Part shown: positions 12,210 to 23,355 of the stretch, in pieces
Layout: the number at the start of each line of letters is the position of its first letter
How positions within the stretch are numbered: the stretch's first letter is position 1
Assembly: GCA_963746685.1 (NCBI GenBank)
Contig: CAVVBY010000033.1
Location: 472,386-536,385 of the forward strand
Origin: an uncultured Bacteroidales bacterium
GTDB taxonomy: Bacteria; Bacteroidota; Bacteroidia; Bacteroidales; VadinHA17
Direction: 5' to 3'
DNA: 64,000 nt
Made by a program: the position numbers and the translations under genes
Notes under the pieces: model-generated
Databases searched by the model: none
Told to the model about the DNA's origin: nothing
Seen by the model: only the letters and a program-made list of their open reading frames with translations

Positions 12210-12860
12210 TTGATGACAGATTCATTTTTAGCCAAAGGGAAAAGGAAAAAACTTGTTGAAGATCTGAGACGCAAAGGAATTACTGACGAGGAGGTGCTTA
12301 GAGCAATAAACGCAGTGCCAAGGCATGATTTCATGGATCCTGCCTTTCTCAACCATGCATATATCGACAAGGCTTTCCCCATTTCGTCGGGTCAGACAAT
12401 CTCCCAACCTTATACAGTTGCGGTTCAGACCGAATTGCTTCAGGTAAAAAAGAGGGATAAGATCCTTGAGATCGGAACCGGCTCGGGATATCAATGTGCA
12501 ATTCTTGCAGAAATGGGTGCAAAAGTCTATACAATCGAACGTTACAGGGAATTGTACCTCAAAGCCCAGCGAACATTGACATCACTTGGATACACAGCCG
12601 ACTTTTTCTATGGTGATGGCTATGAAGGCAAACCCCAGTACGGACCTTTCGACGGTATTATAATAACTGCAGCCACAAAGGAGATCCCTGAAAAACTGCC
12701 ACGGCAGTTAAAAATAGGCGGCAGGCTGGTTGTTCCGCTCGGAAACAGTATTTCACAGGTTATGACCCTTGTTATACGGAAAGGAGAAGATGATTTTGAA
12801 TATTCTTCACACGGCAGCTTTGTTTTTGTACCAATGCTTAAAGGAACTGCCAGCGAATAA
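12210..12860 (+). CDS. pcm: protein-L-isoaspartate O-methyltransferase
   Basis: 216 aa with QTISQPYTVA and the SAM-binding EIGTGSGYQ motif. Confidence 0.9.
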   Translation: MMTDSFLAKGKRKKLVEDLRRKGITDEEVLRAINAVPRHDFMDPAFLNHAYIDKAFPISSGQTISQPYTVAVQTELLQVKKRDKILEIGTGSGYQCAILAEMGAKVYTIERYRELYLKAQRTLTSLGYTADFFYGDGYEGKPQYGPFDGIIITAATKEIPEKLPRQLKIGGRLVVPLGNSISQVMTLVIRKGEDDFEYSSHGSFVFVPMLKGTASE

Positions 12861-12868
12861 ATTTTTAT

Positions 12869-13510
12869 ATGGAAATATACAAACTTGTTTTTAACCCGAT
12901 CGATGTAAATACGTACATACTTGCTGACAAGTCAGGTGATTGTGCCATAATTGATTGCGGATGTTATGACCAGGATGAATTCATCGAACTGACGGACCTG
13001 ATCGAAGAAAAAAAGCTTAAACCGGTTTTGTTGTTGAATACACACTGTCATCTTGATCACATTTTCGGTAATCGGTTCATGCTTGAAAAATACAATCTTG
13101 GTACCTTTTGTCACAGGGAAGATGAACGAAACAGGGAGAATGCAGTGAATCACGCAATCATGTTCGGTTTATCTATGGAAATTCCGCCTGTTCCGGCAGG
13201 TTTTTTAACAGACAACCAGACAGTTTCTTTTGGCACAACTGAACTTGTTGTTTTGCATGTCCCGGGCCATTCACCTGGAAGCGTGGCTTTTTACAGCAGG
13301 AATGATAAAACAGTTTTTACCGGTGATGCCCTTTTTGCAGGAAGTATGGGAAGAACAGATCTGCCCGGAGGAAATTATGAGACACTTATAAACAGTATCA
13401 TAAAAAAACTGTTTACTCTTCCGGCAGAAACAGTTGTATACCCGGGACATGGAAACGAAACCACAATTGGTACTGAAATTGAATCAAATCCTTATTTTAT
13501 CCACAACTGA
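12869..13510 (+). CDS. MBL-fold metallo-hydrolase (glyoxalase II-like)
   Basis: 213 aa with the HCHLDH (HxHxDH) motif and PGHSPGS. Confidence 0.85.
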   Translation: MEIYKLVFNPIDVNTYILADKSGDCAIIDCGCYDQDEFIELTDLIEEKKLKPVLLLNTHCHLDHIFGNRFMLEKYNLGTFCHREDERNRENAVNHAIMFGLSMEIPPVPAGFLTDNQTVSFGTTELVVLHVPGHSPGSVAFYSRNDKTVFTGDALFAGSMGRTDLPGGNYETLINSIIKKLFTLPAETVVYPGHGNETTIGTEIESNPYFIHN

Positions 13511-13602
13511 CCCTTCACGTTTTTTAAATAATTTCTATTTGTTATTTTCACGGCTTTCAGGATAAGGAAGCAGTTTACTTTAAATTATAAAAATCAAATA
13601 TA

Positions 13603-16565
13603 TGTCATCAGATATCATTTGTTAACCGTCACATCGGACCGCGTGATCATGAATTGCCTGGCATGCTCAGGACTATTGGCGTTGGATCCCTCGACGATTT
13701 AATTGATAAAACTGTCCCCCGGGCTATAAGGCTTGAAAAGCCTCTCAGGCTTCCCAAAGCCATGAGTGAGTTTGAATATCTGAATCATATCCGGAAGATC
13801 GGTGCAAAGAACAAGCAGTTCAGATCATTTATCGGGCAGGGTTATTACGGAGTCGCTCCGTTATCAGTGATAATAAGGAACGTTCTTGAGAATCCTTCAT
13901 GGTACACTTCATATACACCCTATCAGGCCGAAATTTCACAGGGCAGGCTTGAAGCTCTTCTGAATTTTCAGACTATGATCATAGAACTTACAGGGATGCA
14001 GATTGCCAATGCTTCTCTGCTTGATGAATCGACTGCTGCAGCTGAGGCCATGATAATGATGTTCAATGCACGGTCGAGGAATGCTGTTAAAGCAGGTGCC
14101 AATAAGTTCTTTGTTGATGATGATATATTCCTTCAGACCCTTGATGTTATTACAACGAGGTCTGAACCATTAGGTATTCAGCTGGTTAAGGGAAAATATG
14201 AAGAAGCGGTTTTCAATGAATCATTCTTTGGTGCTTTTGTGCAGTATCCTGCGGCATCGGGACAGATAAAGGATTATAAGGAATTCACGGATAAAGCCCA
14301 CTCGGCCGGATTACTTGTCGGAGTTGCTGCAGATCTTATGAGTCTCACTCTCCTGACACCTCCGGGTGAATGGGGTGCCGACATAGTCGTTGGCTCAAAT
14401 CAGAGATTTGGCCTTCCTATGAGTTTCGGAGGTCCTCATGCCGGGTTCTTTGCAACCAGGGATGAGCTTAAAAGAAGCATGCCCGGACGTATTATCGGAG
14501 TGTCGGTTGATGCACAGGGAAATCAGGCTCTGAGGATGGCACTGCAGACAAGGGAACAGCATATCAAAAGGGAGAGGGCAACGTCAAATATCTGCACCGC
14601 ACAAGCCCTTCTGGCTACAATGTCGGGTATGTATGCACAATATCATGGTCCTGAAGGACTCAGAAATATAGCCGCTACACATTCAAAAAACTGCCTGTAC
14701 TATTAGTTGTGCCCTGAAGGAATTAGGATATAAACAGGTTAACAGTCAGTTCTTTGATACATTGCAGGTTGAACTCCCGGCAGGTGTCTCAGCAGATGAC
14801 CTCAGGAATCTGTCGCATGAAATGGAAATGAATTTCTTTTATCCTGACGAGAACTCTGTCAGAATCAGCACCGATGAGGTGACAACTTTAGAAGAGATAA
14901 ATGCTATTGTTGGGATATTTGCAAAAGCTTCAGGTAAAAAAGCAGAGCTTCTTGAATCATTTTGTGATTGCAGTTTTCCTGAAGATAAGATTTGTCAGGA
15001 AATCAGGTTTCTTAGAAGCTGCCTCTTTCAACAGGTATCACAGTGAAACCGAGATGATGCGATATATCAAAATGCTTGAAAGGAAAGATTTTTCTCTGAC
15101 TCACTGCATGATATCCCTTGGCTCCTGCACTATGAAACTGAATCCTGCCACTTCGATGTTTGCGATGAGCTGGCCTGAATTCAGCAATATTCACCCGTTT
15201 GTACCGAAAGATCAGGCTGAAGGTTATTACCAGCTTTTGGATGAACTCGGAGAAGCCCTTAAAGAGATAACAGGTTTCCCGGCTGTCTCTTTTCAGCCAA
15301 ATTCAGGAGCTGCTGGTGAATATGCCGGATTGATGGTTATAAGGGAGTATCATAAAAGCAGAGGAGAAGTGCATAGAAATGTTGCCCTTATTCCTTCATC
15401 AGCCCATGGCACTAATCCTGCAAGCGCTGCAATGGCTGGGATGCATGTAGTGGTTGTGGAGTGCGATGAGAAGGGTAATATAAATGTTGAGGATCTTCAG
15501 AAGAAGGCAGAAGAAAATAAAGCTGATCTGGCATGTTTCATGATCACATATCCTTCGACCCATGGCGTTTTTGAAGCTGCGATAACCAGTATGATCGATA
15601 TAATTCATAAAAACGGAGGACTCGTTTATATGGACGGCGCCAATATGAACGCCCAGGTTGGATTGACAAGTCCGGGTCATATAGGTGCCGATGTTTGCCA
15701 CCTTAACCTGCATAAGACCTTTGCCATACCTCATGGCGGAGGCGGTCCGGGTATGGGACCTATCCTGGCATCTGACAGGCTGGCTGAGTTCCTGCCTTCG
15801 CATCCGGTGGTAAAAACCGGAGGAAGCCACGGAATAACTGCTGTTGCAGGAGCTCCCTTTGGAAGCGGCCAGGTCCTCACGATTTCACATGCATACGTCC
15901 TGATGATGGGTCCTGACGGTCTTACTATGGCATCCAAATATGCAATACTGAATGCAAATTATATTTCTGCTTCATTAAAAAACTGGTATAAAACACTTTA
16001 CACCGGAACCACAGGATTTGTTGCCCATGAATTGATACTTGATTGCAGGAATTTTAAGACGGAAACTGGTATAACGGAATCCGATATTGCAAAGAGACTT
16101 ATGGATTACGGATTTCATGCACCTACTCTCTCTTTCCCTGTGCATGGTACCCTGATGGTTGAACCTACTGAATCCGAATCTCTTCAGGAGCTTGATAAAT
16201 TTATTGATGCGTTGAAATCGATCTGGAATGAGATAGGCGAGATCAGGGAAGGAAAAGCAGACAAAGATGATAACGTATTGCATAACGCCCCGCATACTGT
16301 CAAAGTTGTAACAGCAAATGAATGGAACCACAGTTATGACCGTCAAAAGGCAGGGTTCCCGCTCAGATGGGTTGCAGAGAATAAGTTCTGGCCTTCAGTG
16401 GGGCGTATTGACGACGGCTATGGCGACCGAAACCTGGTTTGCACCTGCGATCCGATAGATTCGTACAGAATGGAAACTTTTAAAAATAAGCCGTGGTCTT
16501 GTCATCTACTTTCTCATGTACTCACCCCCCATCCCCCTCTCTGCTTTGCAAAGAGGGGGCGATAA
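13603..16565 (+). pseudogene. gcvP: glycine dehydrogenase (decarboxylating), single-chain P protein; frame changes near 13620, 14688 and 14985; 3' end reads into a repeat
   Basis: Collinear pieces are MSSDI|[11 protein letters not shown] 13654-14706, ORF 14762-15046 and ORF 14901-16565. Motifs seen: [14 protein letters not shown] and the PLP-lysine region [17 protein letters not shown]. The last ~25 codons are encoded by the palindromic element at 16519-16631. Confidence 0.92.
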
Positions 16566-16631
16566 TGCTTTGATTATTAATCGTTTCCCCCTCTTTACAT
16601 AGTAGAGAGGGGGAATAAAAGGGGGTGAGTA
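16519..16631. repeat. 113-bp nested palindromic element (outer 11-bp stem enclosing two 12-bp hairpins)
   Basis: TACTCACCCCC ... CCCCCTCTCTGC-TTT-GCAAAGAGGGGG ... CCCCCTCTTTAC-ATA-GTAGAGAGGGGG ... GGGGGTGAGTA. Confidence 0.8.
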
Positions 16632-16736
16632 TGTGTTGACGGAGGCGTTGGGGAGAGGTCTTAAATAAATTTTTTTCTCTTGAAATAAATTCTCAATTTT
16701 ATTGTCCGAACTTTAATTAAACAACCTGAACCTCTG

Positions 16737-17772
16737 ATGCGAAATTCTTCCTGGAACGATCTTAAGACTTTAATTGATGGTAAGAAGCTTAATTACCATC
16801 CGGTTGGATTTATTATCGATAGTCCATGGATACCAGGTTGGTACGGGATACCTGTAATAGATTATTATGCTTCTGATGAACAATGGCTAAAGTCAAACCT
16901 GAAGGCAATAAATACATTTCCGGATGTCTGGTTCATGCCTGGTTTCTGGTCTGAATACGGAATGTGTACCGAGCCTTCAGCTTTTGGATCGAGGATGATC
17001 TTCCTTGAGAATAACCTGCCACATGCGGAAAAGATCCTGGCTGATATTTCAGATGCTGACAGGCTGCCGCAACCGAATGTCAGGACTGACGGACTTCTGC
17101 CATTCATGATCAACAGGCTTAAGCACAGTGAAGCTGCCATTAAGGATGCAGATCACCAGATAAGATTTGCTGTTGCACGCGGGCCGCTTAATATTGCCAG
17201 CTTTCTTATGGGAACCACTGAATTCATGATGGCCCTTGCCCTTGATCCTGAAGGATCTCACAGATTGCTGAGGAAAATCACCGGATTTATCTGCGATTGG
17301 CTTGCCTGGCAGAAAGAGTGTTTTCCCTCAATAAACGGGGTACTGCTTCTCGACGATATTATTGGTTTTGTGGGCGAAACAGAATTCAGCGAGTTCGTGC
17401 TTCCTTATTTTAAAAAAATATTCTCAAGCACAGGGGCAAAGGTCAGGTTCCTGCATAACGATGCAGAAGGACTGATCACTGCCAGACACCTTAATGAAAT
17501 GGGAGTGAATGTGTTCAATTTCTCATTTAATCATTCACTGGGTGAGATAAGGGCACTTGCAGGGGATGATATTATTCTTGTCGGAAATATACCCCCGAGG
17601 GATGTATTGGCAGCAGGAACTCCCGATCAGGTTGTTGAAGCAGTTAAGAAAGCTTCGCAGAGAGATTATAAATCACGACCGTGTTGTATGGTCGGCCGGA
17701 GGAGGAATGCCTCCAGAAGTCAGGGATGAAAATATCAATGCCTTTATCAAAGCAGTTAAAGAATTAAAATAA
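16737..17772 (+). pseudogene. uroporphyrinogen decarboxylase (URO-D) family protein, frame change near 17660
   Basis: ORFs 16737-17729 and 17557-17772 join as ...QVVEAVKKA|REIINHDRVVWSAGGGMPPE. The overall pattern resembles URO-D/MtaA-like proteins. The family call is tentative. Confidence 0.5.
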
Positions 17773-17778
17773 TCAGCA

Positions 17779-19176
17779 ATGATGAAAAGATCACTTTTAA
17801 TTTTAGTTTCTGCATTGATGCTGGCATCATGCGGATCAGGCGGGGGAAAAAAGCAACCAGCTGAAAAAACACTTGAAACAATGGAAAATAATTATCAGGT
17901 AAGGCTATTGACTGTCGATCCGGGCCATTTTCATGCTGCCCTTGTACAGAAGACTATGTATCCCCAGGTCTCTCCGGATGTACATGTCTATGCTCCTGAA
18001 GGACCTGATGTGCAGCAGCATCTGAACAGAATAACTTCATATAATAGCAGGACCACTGATCCGACGGCATGGAATGAAATTGTATATAAAGGCGATGATT
18101 TTTTTGAAAAAATGCTTTCTGAAAAAGCCGGCAATGTGGTTGTTTTATCCGGGAATAACAGGAAAAAAGCTGAATATATAACAAGATCGATAAATGCAGG
18201 ATTAAATGTTCTGGCTGACAAACCGATGATCATTTCTCCTGATGATTATCCAAAGCTTGAAGAAGCTTTCGCTGCTGCAAAAGAAAAAGGAGTTCTGCTG
18301 TATGACATAATGACTGAAAGATTTGAGACCACCACTATTCTGCAAAAGCTGTTATCGCAGGACGAAACTGTTTTCGGCACTCTTGAAGCAGGAAGCAGCA
18401 AGGAACCGGCAGTTTCCAAAGTAAGTGTTCATCATTTTTCAAAGATCGTATCCGGATCTCCGCTTCAGCGTCCGGCATGGTTTTTTGATGTGGAACAACA
18501 GGGTGAAGGCATTGTCGATGTAACAACTCACCTCGTTGACCTGGTTCAGTGGGAGTGTTTCCCTGAACAGATTCTAAGTCCGTCGGATGTTACAATTGCT
18601 TCAGCAAGGAGATGGCCAACTGTTATTTCTAAAGAAGAATTCAAAGGAGTTACCGGATTTGACGATTTCCCGGAATTTCTGCAGAAGGATGTAAAAAATG
18701 GTAAGCTGAATGTTTATTCGAACGGGGAGATGATCTACCAGATAAAAGGGATATGGGCAAAGGTGTCAGTGACCTGGAATTATATGCCTCCTGCCGGAGG
18801 CGGTGATACTCATTATTCTGTGATGCGCGGCACAAAATGCGACCTTGTGATCAGGCAGGGTGCTGATGAAAAATTCCTGCCAACTCTTTATATTGAGAAG
18901 GTCAAAGGATCATCAATGGCTGATTTCACTACAAAACTGAAAGAAGAATTGGGGAAGTTGCCATATGATAGTCTGCAGGTCGAGGCTGTTGACAGCAAAA
19001 CGCTGAAAATCAACATGCCGAAAAAATACAGGGTTTCTCATGAAGAGCATTTCGGACAGGTAACCGCCAGGTTCCTGGAATATATGAAAGATGGTAAATT
19101 GCCTGATTGGGAAGTACCGGGAATGATTACCAAGTATTATACTACAACCAGCGCTCTGAAATTGGCAAAGAAATAA
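17779..19176 (+). CDS. lipoprotein, Gfo/Idh/MocA-like oxidoreductase with 'oxidoreductase C-terminal' type domain (tentative)
   Basis: 465-aa intact ORF with the lipobox LMLASCGSGG. Family assignment is from general sequence resemblance only. Confidence 0.5.
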   Translation: MMKRSLLILVSALMLASCGSGGGKKQPAEKTLETMENNYQVRLLTVDPGHFHAALVQKTMYPQVSPDVHVYAPEGPDVQQHLNRITSYNSRTTDPTAWNEIVYKGDDFFEKMLSEKAGNVVVLSGNNRKKAEYITRSINAGLNVLADKPMIISPDDYPKLEEAFAAAKEKGVLLYDIMTERFETTTILQKLLSQDETVFGTLEAGSSKEPAVSKVSVHHFSKIVSGSPLQRPAWFFDVEQQGEGIVDVTTHLVDLVQWECFPEQILSPSDVTIASARRWPTVISKEEFKGVTGFDDFPEFLQKDVKNGKLNVYSNGEMIYQIKGIWAKVSVTWNYMPPAGGGDTHYSVMRGTKCDLVIRQGADEKFLPTLYIEKVKGSSMADFTTKLKEELGKLPYDSLQVEAVDSKTLKINMPKKYRVSHEEHFGQVTARFLEYMKDGKLPDWEVPGMITKYYTTTSALKLAKK

Positions 19177-19200
19177 GGCAAGCATAGTTACGTATAAGCT

Positions 19201-19230
19201 CCCCTCCCTGGAGGGGTTGGGGGTGGGTTA
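19201..19230. repeat. single unit related to the 16.5-kb element (CCCCTCC-CT-GGAGGGG + TT + GGGGGTGGGTTA)
   Basis: It has the same hairpin-plus-GGGGGTG(A/G)GT organisation. It lies between the convergent genes ending at 19176 (+) and 19254 (-). Confidence 0.6.
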
Positions 19231-19253
19231 TTTAAAGTACTGGCTTTACCAGG

Positions 19254-20226
19254 TTATATGAACAGATCTTCAATCACCATTGAGTAAAGTTCAGCCAGTT
19301 CAATTCCGGCTGCTTTTACCTGTTTAGGGATAAGGCTCTCTTCTGTCATTCCGGGAACAGTGTTGATCTCGAGAAAATAGGGTTTATCTTCTACAATTAT
19401 AAAGTCAACTCTTACAATGCCTTTACAGCCAAGGAGATCGTAAACCTTTGGAGCTGAGATCCTGGATTTCGTTTGTAATTTCTGCAGGCATGTCAGCCGG
19501 AGTGACTTCATCAGATTTCCCGGGAGTATATTTTGCCTCGTAATCGAAGAATTCATTTCTGCTGATTATTTCAGTAACAGGAAGGACTATGGCTTTACCT
19601 TTCACCTTGACAACCCCGCATGCAACCTCTCTGCCATCCATGAAGGCCTCGATCATTACCTCGTCGCTCTCCTTTAAAGCTGTTTCAATTGCAGCCGGCA
19701 GTTCATCCTTTGTTTTGACTTTTGTTACCCCGAAACTTGATCCGCTGTCGTTGGGCTTTACAAAACATGGTAAACCAGTCTGCATTACAATTGAAGCGGG
19801 ATCAGGAATGTTTTCTTTTCTGAAGAGTATATTTTTGGCCATTGGTATTCCATATTCCTTCAGATAGAGCTTGGAGGCCTGCTTATTAAAGGTGAGTGCG
19901 GAGCAAAAGGCGCTGCAGCTGGAATAGGGTATCTGCATAATATCAAAATATCCCTGCAACAGGCCGTTTTCACCGGGAGTGCCATGGATTGCAATAAAGA
20001 CAGCATCAAACCTGATCCTGAGGTCGTCGGTTTTTAAGGTGAAATCATTTTTATCAATGTTATGATAGCGGCCCTTCTGGTCTTCCCAGTACCAGTTGGT
20101 TCCCCTTATCATAATGATATACACGTTATATTTCGGAGATAACAGCTTCCCGACTTCATGGGCGCTTTTTACGGAAATCTCATATTCGGAGGAATCACCT
20201 CCTGCAACAATTGCAATGGTTCTCAT
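19254..20226 (-). pseudogene. ddl: D-alanine--D-alanine ligase, frame change near 19445
   Basis: ORFs 19423-20226 and 19254-19556 join as ...EIQDLSSK|VYDLLGCKGIVRVDFII. ATP-grasp pattern, with EINTVPGMT near the C-terminus. Confidence 0.9.
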
Positions 20227-20354
20227 TTACCAGATTTTAATTGTCAAAAATAAAGATTTTAAAAATGGATTATCTGGTCGGTTAACAAAAAATGTTTCTC
20301 ACGTGGTCGTTGCTTTGCAACTAAATAATTTATTTTACATTATGATATATTATT

Positions 20355-20362
20355 TACCTTTG
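20355..20362 (+). promoter_or_regulatory. Bacteroidota -7 box (TAnnTTTG)
   Basis: TACCTTTG, 24 nt upstream of the lemA ATG. Confidence 0.5.
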
Positions 20363-20386
20363 ATAAAATTCTAAAAAAACATCAAA

Positions 20387-20989
20387 ATGAAAAAAGGTTG
20401 CATAGTATGGATCATAGTAGGAGTCATTCTGGCACTTGTAGTGCTTGGTGTTGTCTCCTGGGGCACAAAAATTTATAATCAGATGGTTACTTTGCAGGAA
20501 GGTGTCACAAGCCAGTGGGGCAATGTTGAGACCCAATACCAGCGAAGGGCTGACCTTATCCCTAACTTCGTGAATACTGTCAAGGGAGCTGCCAATTTTG
20601 AGCAGGAAACCCTGACAAAGGTTATCGAGGCAAGAGCCAAAGCCACGCAGGTTACGATCGATCCGACGAAAATGACGGCAGAGAATATGCAGCAGTTCCA
20701 GGCAGCACAGGGTGAACTTAGTTCAGCTCTTTCAAGATTAATGGTTGTTGTTGAACAATATCCCGAACTGAAGGCTACTCAGAATTACAGGGATCTCCAG
20801 GTCGAACTTGAAGGTACTGAGAACAGGATCTCTGTCGAAAGAAGGAAGTTCAATGAAACTGCCCAGGCAATGAACACTTATATTAAAAGATTTCCGCAGA
20901 ATATCATTGCCGGAATGTTCGGATTCACGGCCAAGCCATACTTTGAATCGATGGAAGGAGCTGAAAAAGCTCCCGAAGTTAAATTCTAA
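20387..20989 (+). CDS. lemA: LemA family protein
   Basis: 200 aa with an N-terminal TM helix and conserved LemA blocks (QYQRRADLIPN, YPELKA, RRKFNE). Confidence 0.85.
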   Translation: MKKGCIVWIIVGVILALVVLGVVSWGTKIYNQMVTLQEGVTSQWGNVETQYQRRADLIPNFVNTVKGAANFEQETLTKVIEARAKATQVTIDPTKMTAENMQQFQAAQGELSSALSRLMVVVEQYPELKATQNYRDLQVELEGTENRISVERRKFNETAQAMNTYIKRFPQNIIAGMFGFTAKPYFESMEGAEKAPEVKF

Positions 20990-21002
20990 TCATCACCAGG
21001 TT

Positions 21003-21461
21003 ATGGAAATCAAAGCCTCGACTTTCTTTACCAGGGAAGAGCAGATACAGATACGTGATACCATAAAAGAGGCTGAGGGTGAAACTTCAGGAGAGATCAG
21101 GGTTCATATTGAAACAAAGCTATCCGGGAATGTTCTGGACAGGGCGGCATGGATATTCAAAAGAATAGGAATGCACGAAACAGAAAACAGGAACGGGGTG
21201 TTATTCTATTTTGCCGTGCGGAACAAGGAGTTCGCCATAATCGGTGATGGAGGCATTAATTCAAAGGTCCCTGAAAACTTCTGGGATAAGATTAAGAAAA
21301 CTCTTCAGGAACATTTCAGGAATGGGAAATACACTGAAGGACTTATTGAAGGGATACTGATGACGGGCATGCAGCTTAAGGAATATTTTCCTCACGAAAA
21401 GGATGATAAAAATGAGCTTCCCGATGAGATCTCATTTGATGATACCGAGGTACCTGAATAA
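21003..21461 (+). CDS. TPM (TLP18.3/Psb32/MOLO-1) domain protein
   Basis: In-frame ATG at 21003. EIRVHIE, NRNGVLFYFAVRNKEFAIIGD and GKYTEGL are typical of TPM phosphatase-like domains. Confidence 0.75.
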   Translation: MEIKASTFFTREEQIQIRDTIKEAEGETSGEIRVHIETKLSGNVLDRAAWIFKRIGMHETENRNGVLFYFAVRNKEFAIIGDGGINSKVPENFWDKIKKTLQEHFRNGKYTEGLIEGILMTGMQLKEYFPHEKDDKNELPDEISFDDTEVPE

Positions 21462-21463
21462 CT

Positions 21464-22292
21464 ATGAAGAAAAGAATATTCTTTAAATCGGTTGCGGCAT
21501 CAATCATCCTGATTGCTGTCTTTGCAGGCAGAATTGCGGCCCAGGATTTTCCTGAAAAACCTTTTCCTCCCCGGCTCGTAAATGATTTTGCAGGTATGCT
21601 GACTTCTCAGGAAGTTTATGCTCTTGAAGAAAAGCTTGTTGCCTATAATGACTCAACGTCAACTCAGATAGCTATCGTAACCGTTTCGGATCTTCATGGA
21701 TATGACAAGGCAGATTATGCCCAGCGGCTTGCCGAAAAATGGGGAATCGGGCAGAAGGGTCTTGATAACGGTGTGATTATTCTTGTCAAGCCAAAAACAG
21801 CTGACTCAGACGGACAGGTACAGATTGATCAGGGGTACGGACTTGAGGGAGCAATCCCTGATTTAACGTGCAAACAGATAGTCGACTATGATATACTGCC
21901 GGAGTTCAGGACATGGTAACTATTATGAGGGACTTGACAAGGCTACCAGTACTCTTATGTCGCTTGCAAGCGGTGAATTTCCTGCTGATCAGTACGGCAA
22001 ATCAAAGGGAAGCGATCTCAGCAATATTGCACCCATAATCTTTATTATAATATTTGTAATAATAGTTCTGTTCATGCGCAGCAACGGAGGATCGAACCAG
22101 AAGCATATCAGCCGTAAGGGACTACCTTTGTGGGTGCTGCTGTCAATGATGAATTCAGGCGGGAACAGGCATAACGGAAGCTGGGGCGGATTCTCCGGCG
22201 GTGGTGGATTTGGCGGTGGCGGCGGCGGCGGTGGCTTCGGAGGCTTCGGTGGTGGAAGTTTCGGAGGAGGTGGAGCTGGTGGCAGCTGGTAA
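21464..22292 (+). pseudogene. TPM domain protein (YgcG-like) with TM segment and Gly-rich tail, frame change near 21905
   Basis: ORFs 21464-21919 and 21888-22292 join as ...DILPEFR|GNYYEGL. There is a signal peptide, the TPM block STQIAIVTV, and a C-terminal GGGGFGGGGGGGGFGGFGGG tail. Confidence 0.75.
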
Positions 22293-22316
22293 TGTTACCA
22301 GCCACGAGCCATCAGC

Positions 22317-23349
22317 TTATATATTTCCCCTTGCTGAAGTATAATTTCTCCACTTTTCGATCACCTGCTTCATATCGTCAGGAAGCTCGGAATCGAATAA
22401 TAACCTTTTACCTGTAACAGGATGATCAAATGCAAGTGATTTTGCATGAAGTGCCTGTCGCGGCAATATCTTGAAGCAATTTTTTACAAATTGCTGGTAT
22501 TTTGAAAATGTTGTTCCCTTAAGTATCTGATCCCCTCCGTATTCATCATCATTGAAAAGCGGATGTTTTATATAGCTGAAATGCACTCTTATCTGATGAG
22601 TTCGTCCTGTTTCAAGCTTGCATTCAATAATTGAGATATAGCCTAGATCCTCCAGGACTTTGTAGTGGGTAATTGCAGTTTTACCCTGACTGCCATCAGG
22701 AAAAACCTGCATGATCTTCCTGTCGCGGATATTTCTTCCTACGTTGCCTGTTATTGTTCCTTTTGAAGGTACCGGTGCTCCCCATATCAGGGCAATGTAT
22801 TTCCTGTCGGTAGTTCTGTCAAAGAACTGTTTTGACAACCTGTTCAGGGCGAGCTCATTTTTTGCGATCACCAGGATGCCTGAAGTGTCCTTATCGATAC
22901 GGTGAACAAGCCCGGGACGCAGTTCTCCGGTACTGAAAAAGAGGCAGATCCTTGAAATGCCACATCAGGGCATTCACAAGTGTACCGGTATAATTACCGT
23001 AGGCTGGATGTACAACCATGCCTGGTTCCTTGTTCACCACCACCACATCATCATCCTCATAAACAATATTAATAGGAATATTTTCTGGGATAAGCTCTAT
23101 CTCTCTTGGAGGTGTTGGCAGGACAATCTGAACAATATCACCGGGCTTGACTTTGTAGCTTGGCCTGACAGGCTTGTTATTGACAAGTATGTTTCCTGCA
23201 TTGGCAGCATTCTGTATCCGTGTTCGTGAGGTGTTTTCGATCCTGGTAAAAATAAACTTGTCAATGCGGAGTAACGACTGTCCCGGATCGGCCTTGAACC
23301 TGTAATGTTCAAAAAGTTCCTGCTGATCTGCAATTTCTTCTTCTGCCAT
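22317..23349 (-). pseudogene. rluD: RluA-family 23S rRNA pseudouridine synthase, frame change near 22880
   Basis: An S4 domain lies in ORF 22891-23349 and the catalytic core in ORF 22317-22871. HRIDKDTSGILV is readable across the junction. Confidence 0.88.
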
Positions 23350-23355
23350 ATGTAA

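Noticed and set aside
13511-13602. Possible glycine riboswitch upstream of gcvP.
   Set aside because: The spacer is only about 90 nt and A/T-rich. It lacks the conserved GGAGAG...CACCG/CTCTGGAGAG cores of glycine aptamers.
22190-22292. GGN-rich tandem DNA repeat.
   Set aside because: It is the in-frame Gly/Phe-rich C-terminal tail of the YgcG-like TPM protein, not an independent repeat element or CRISPR-like array.
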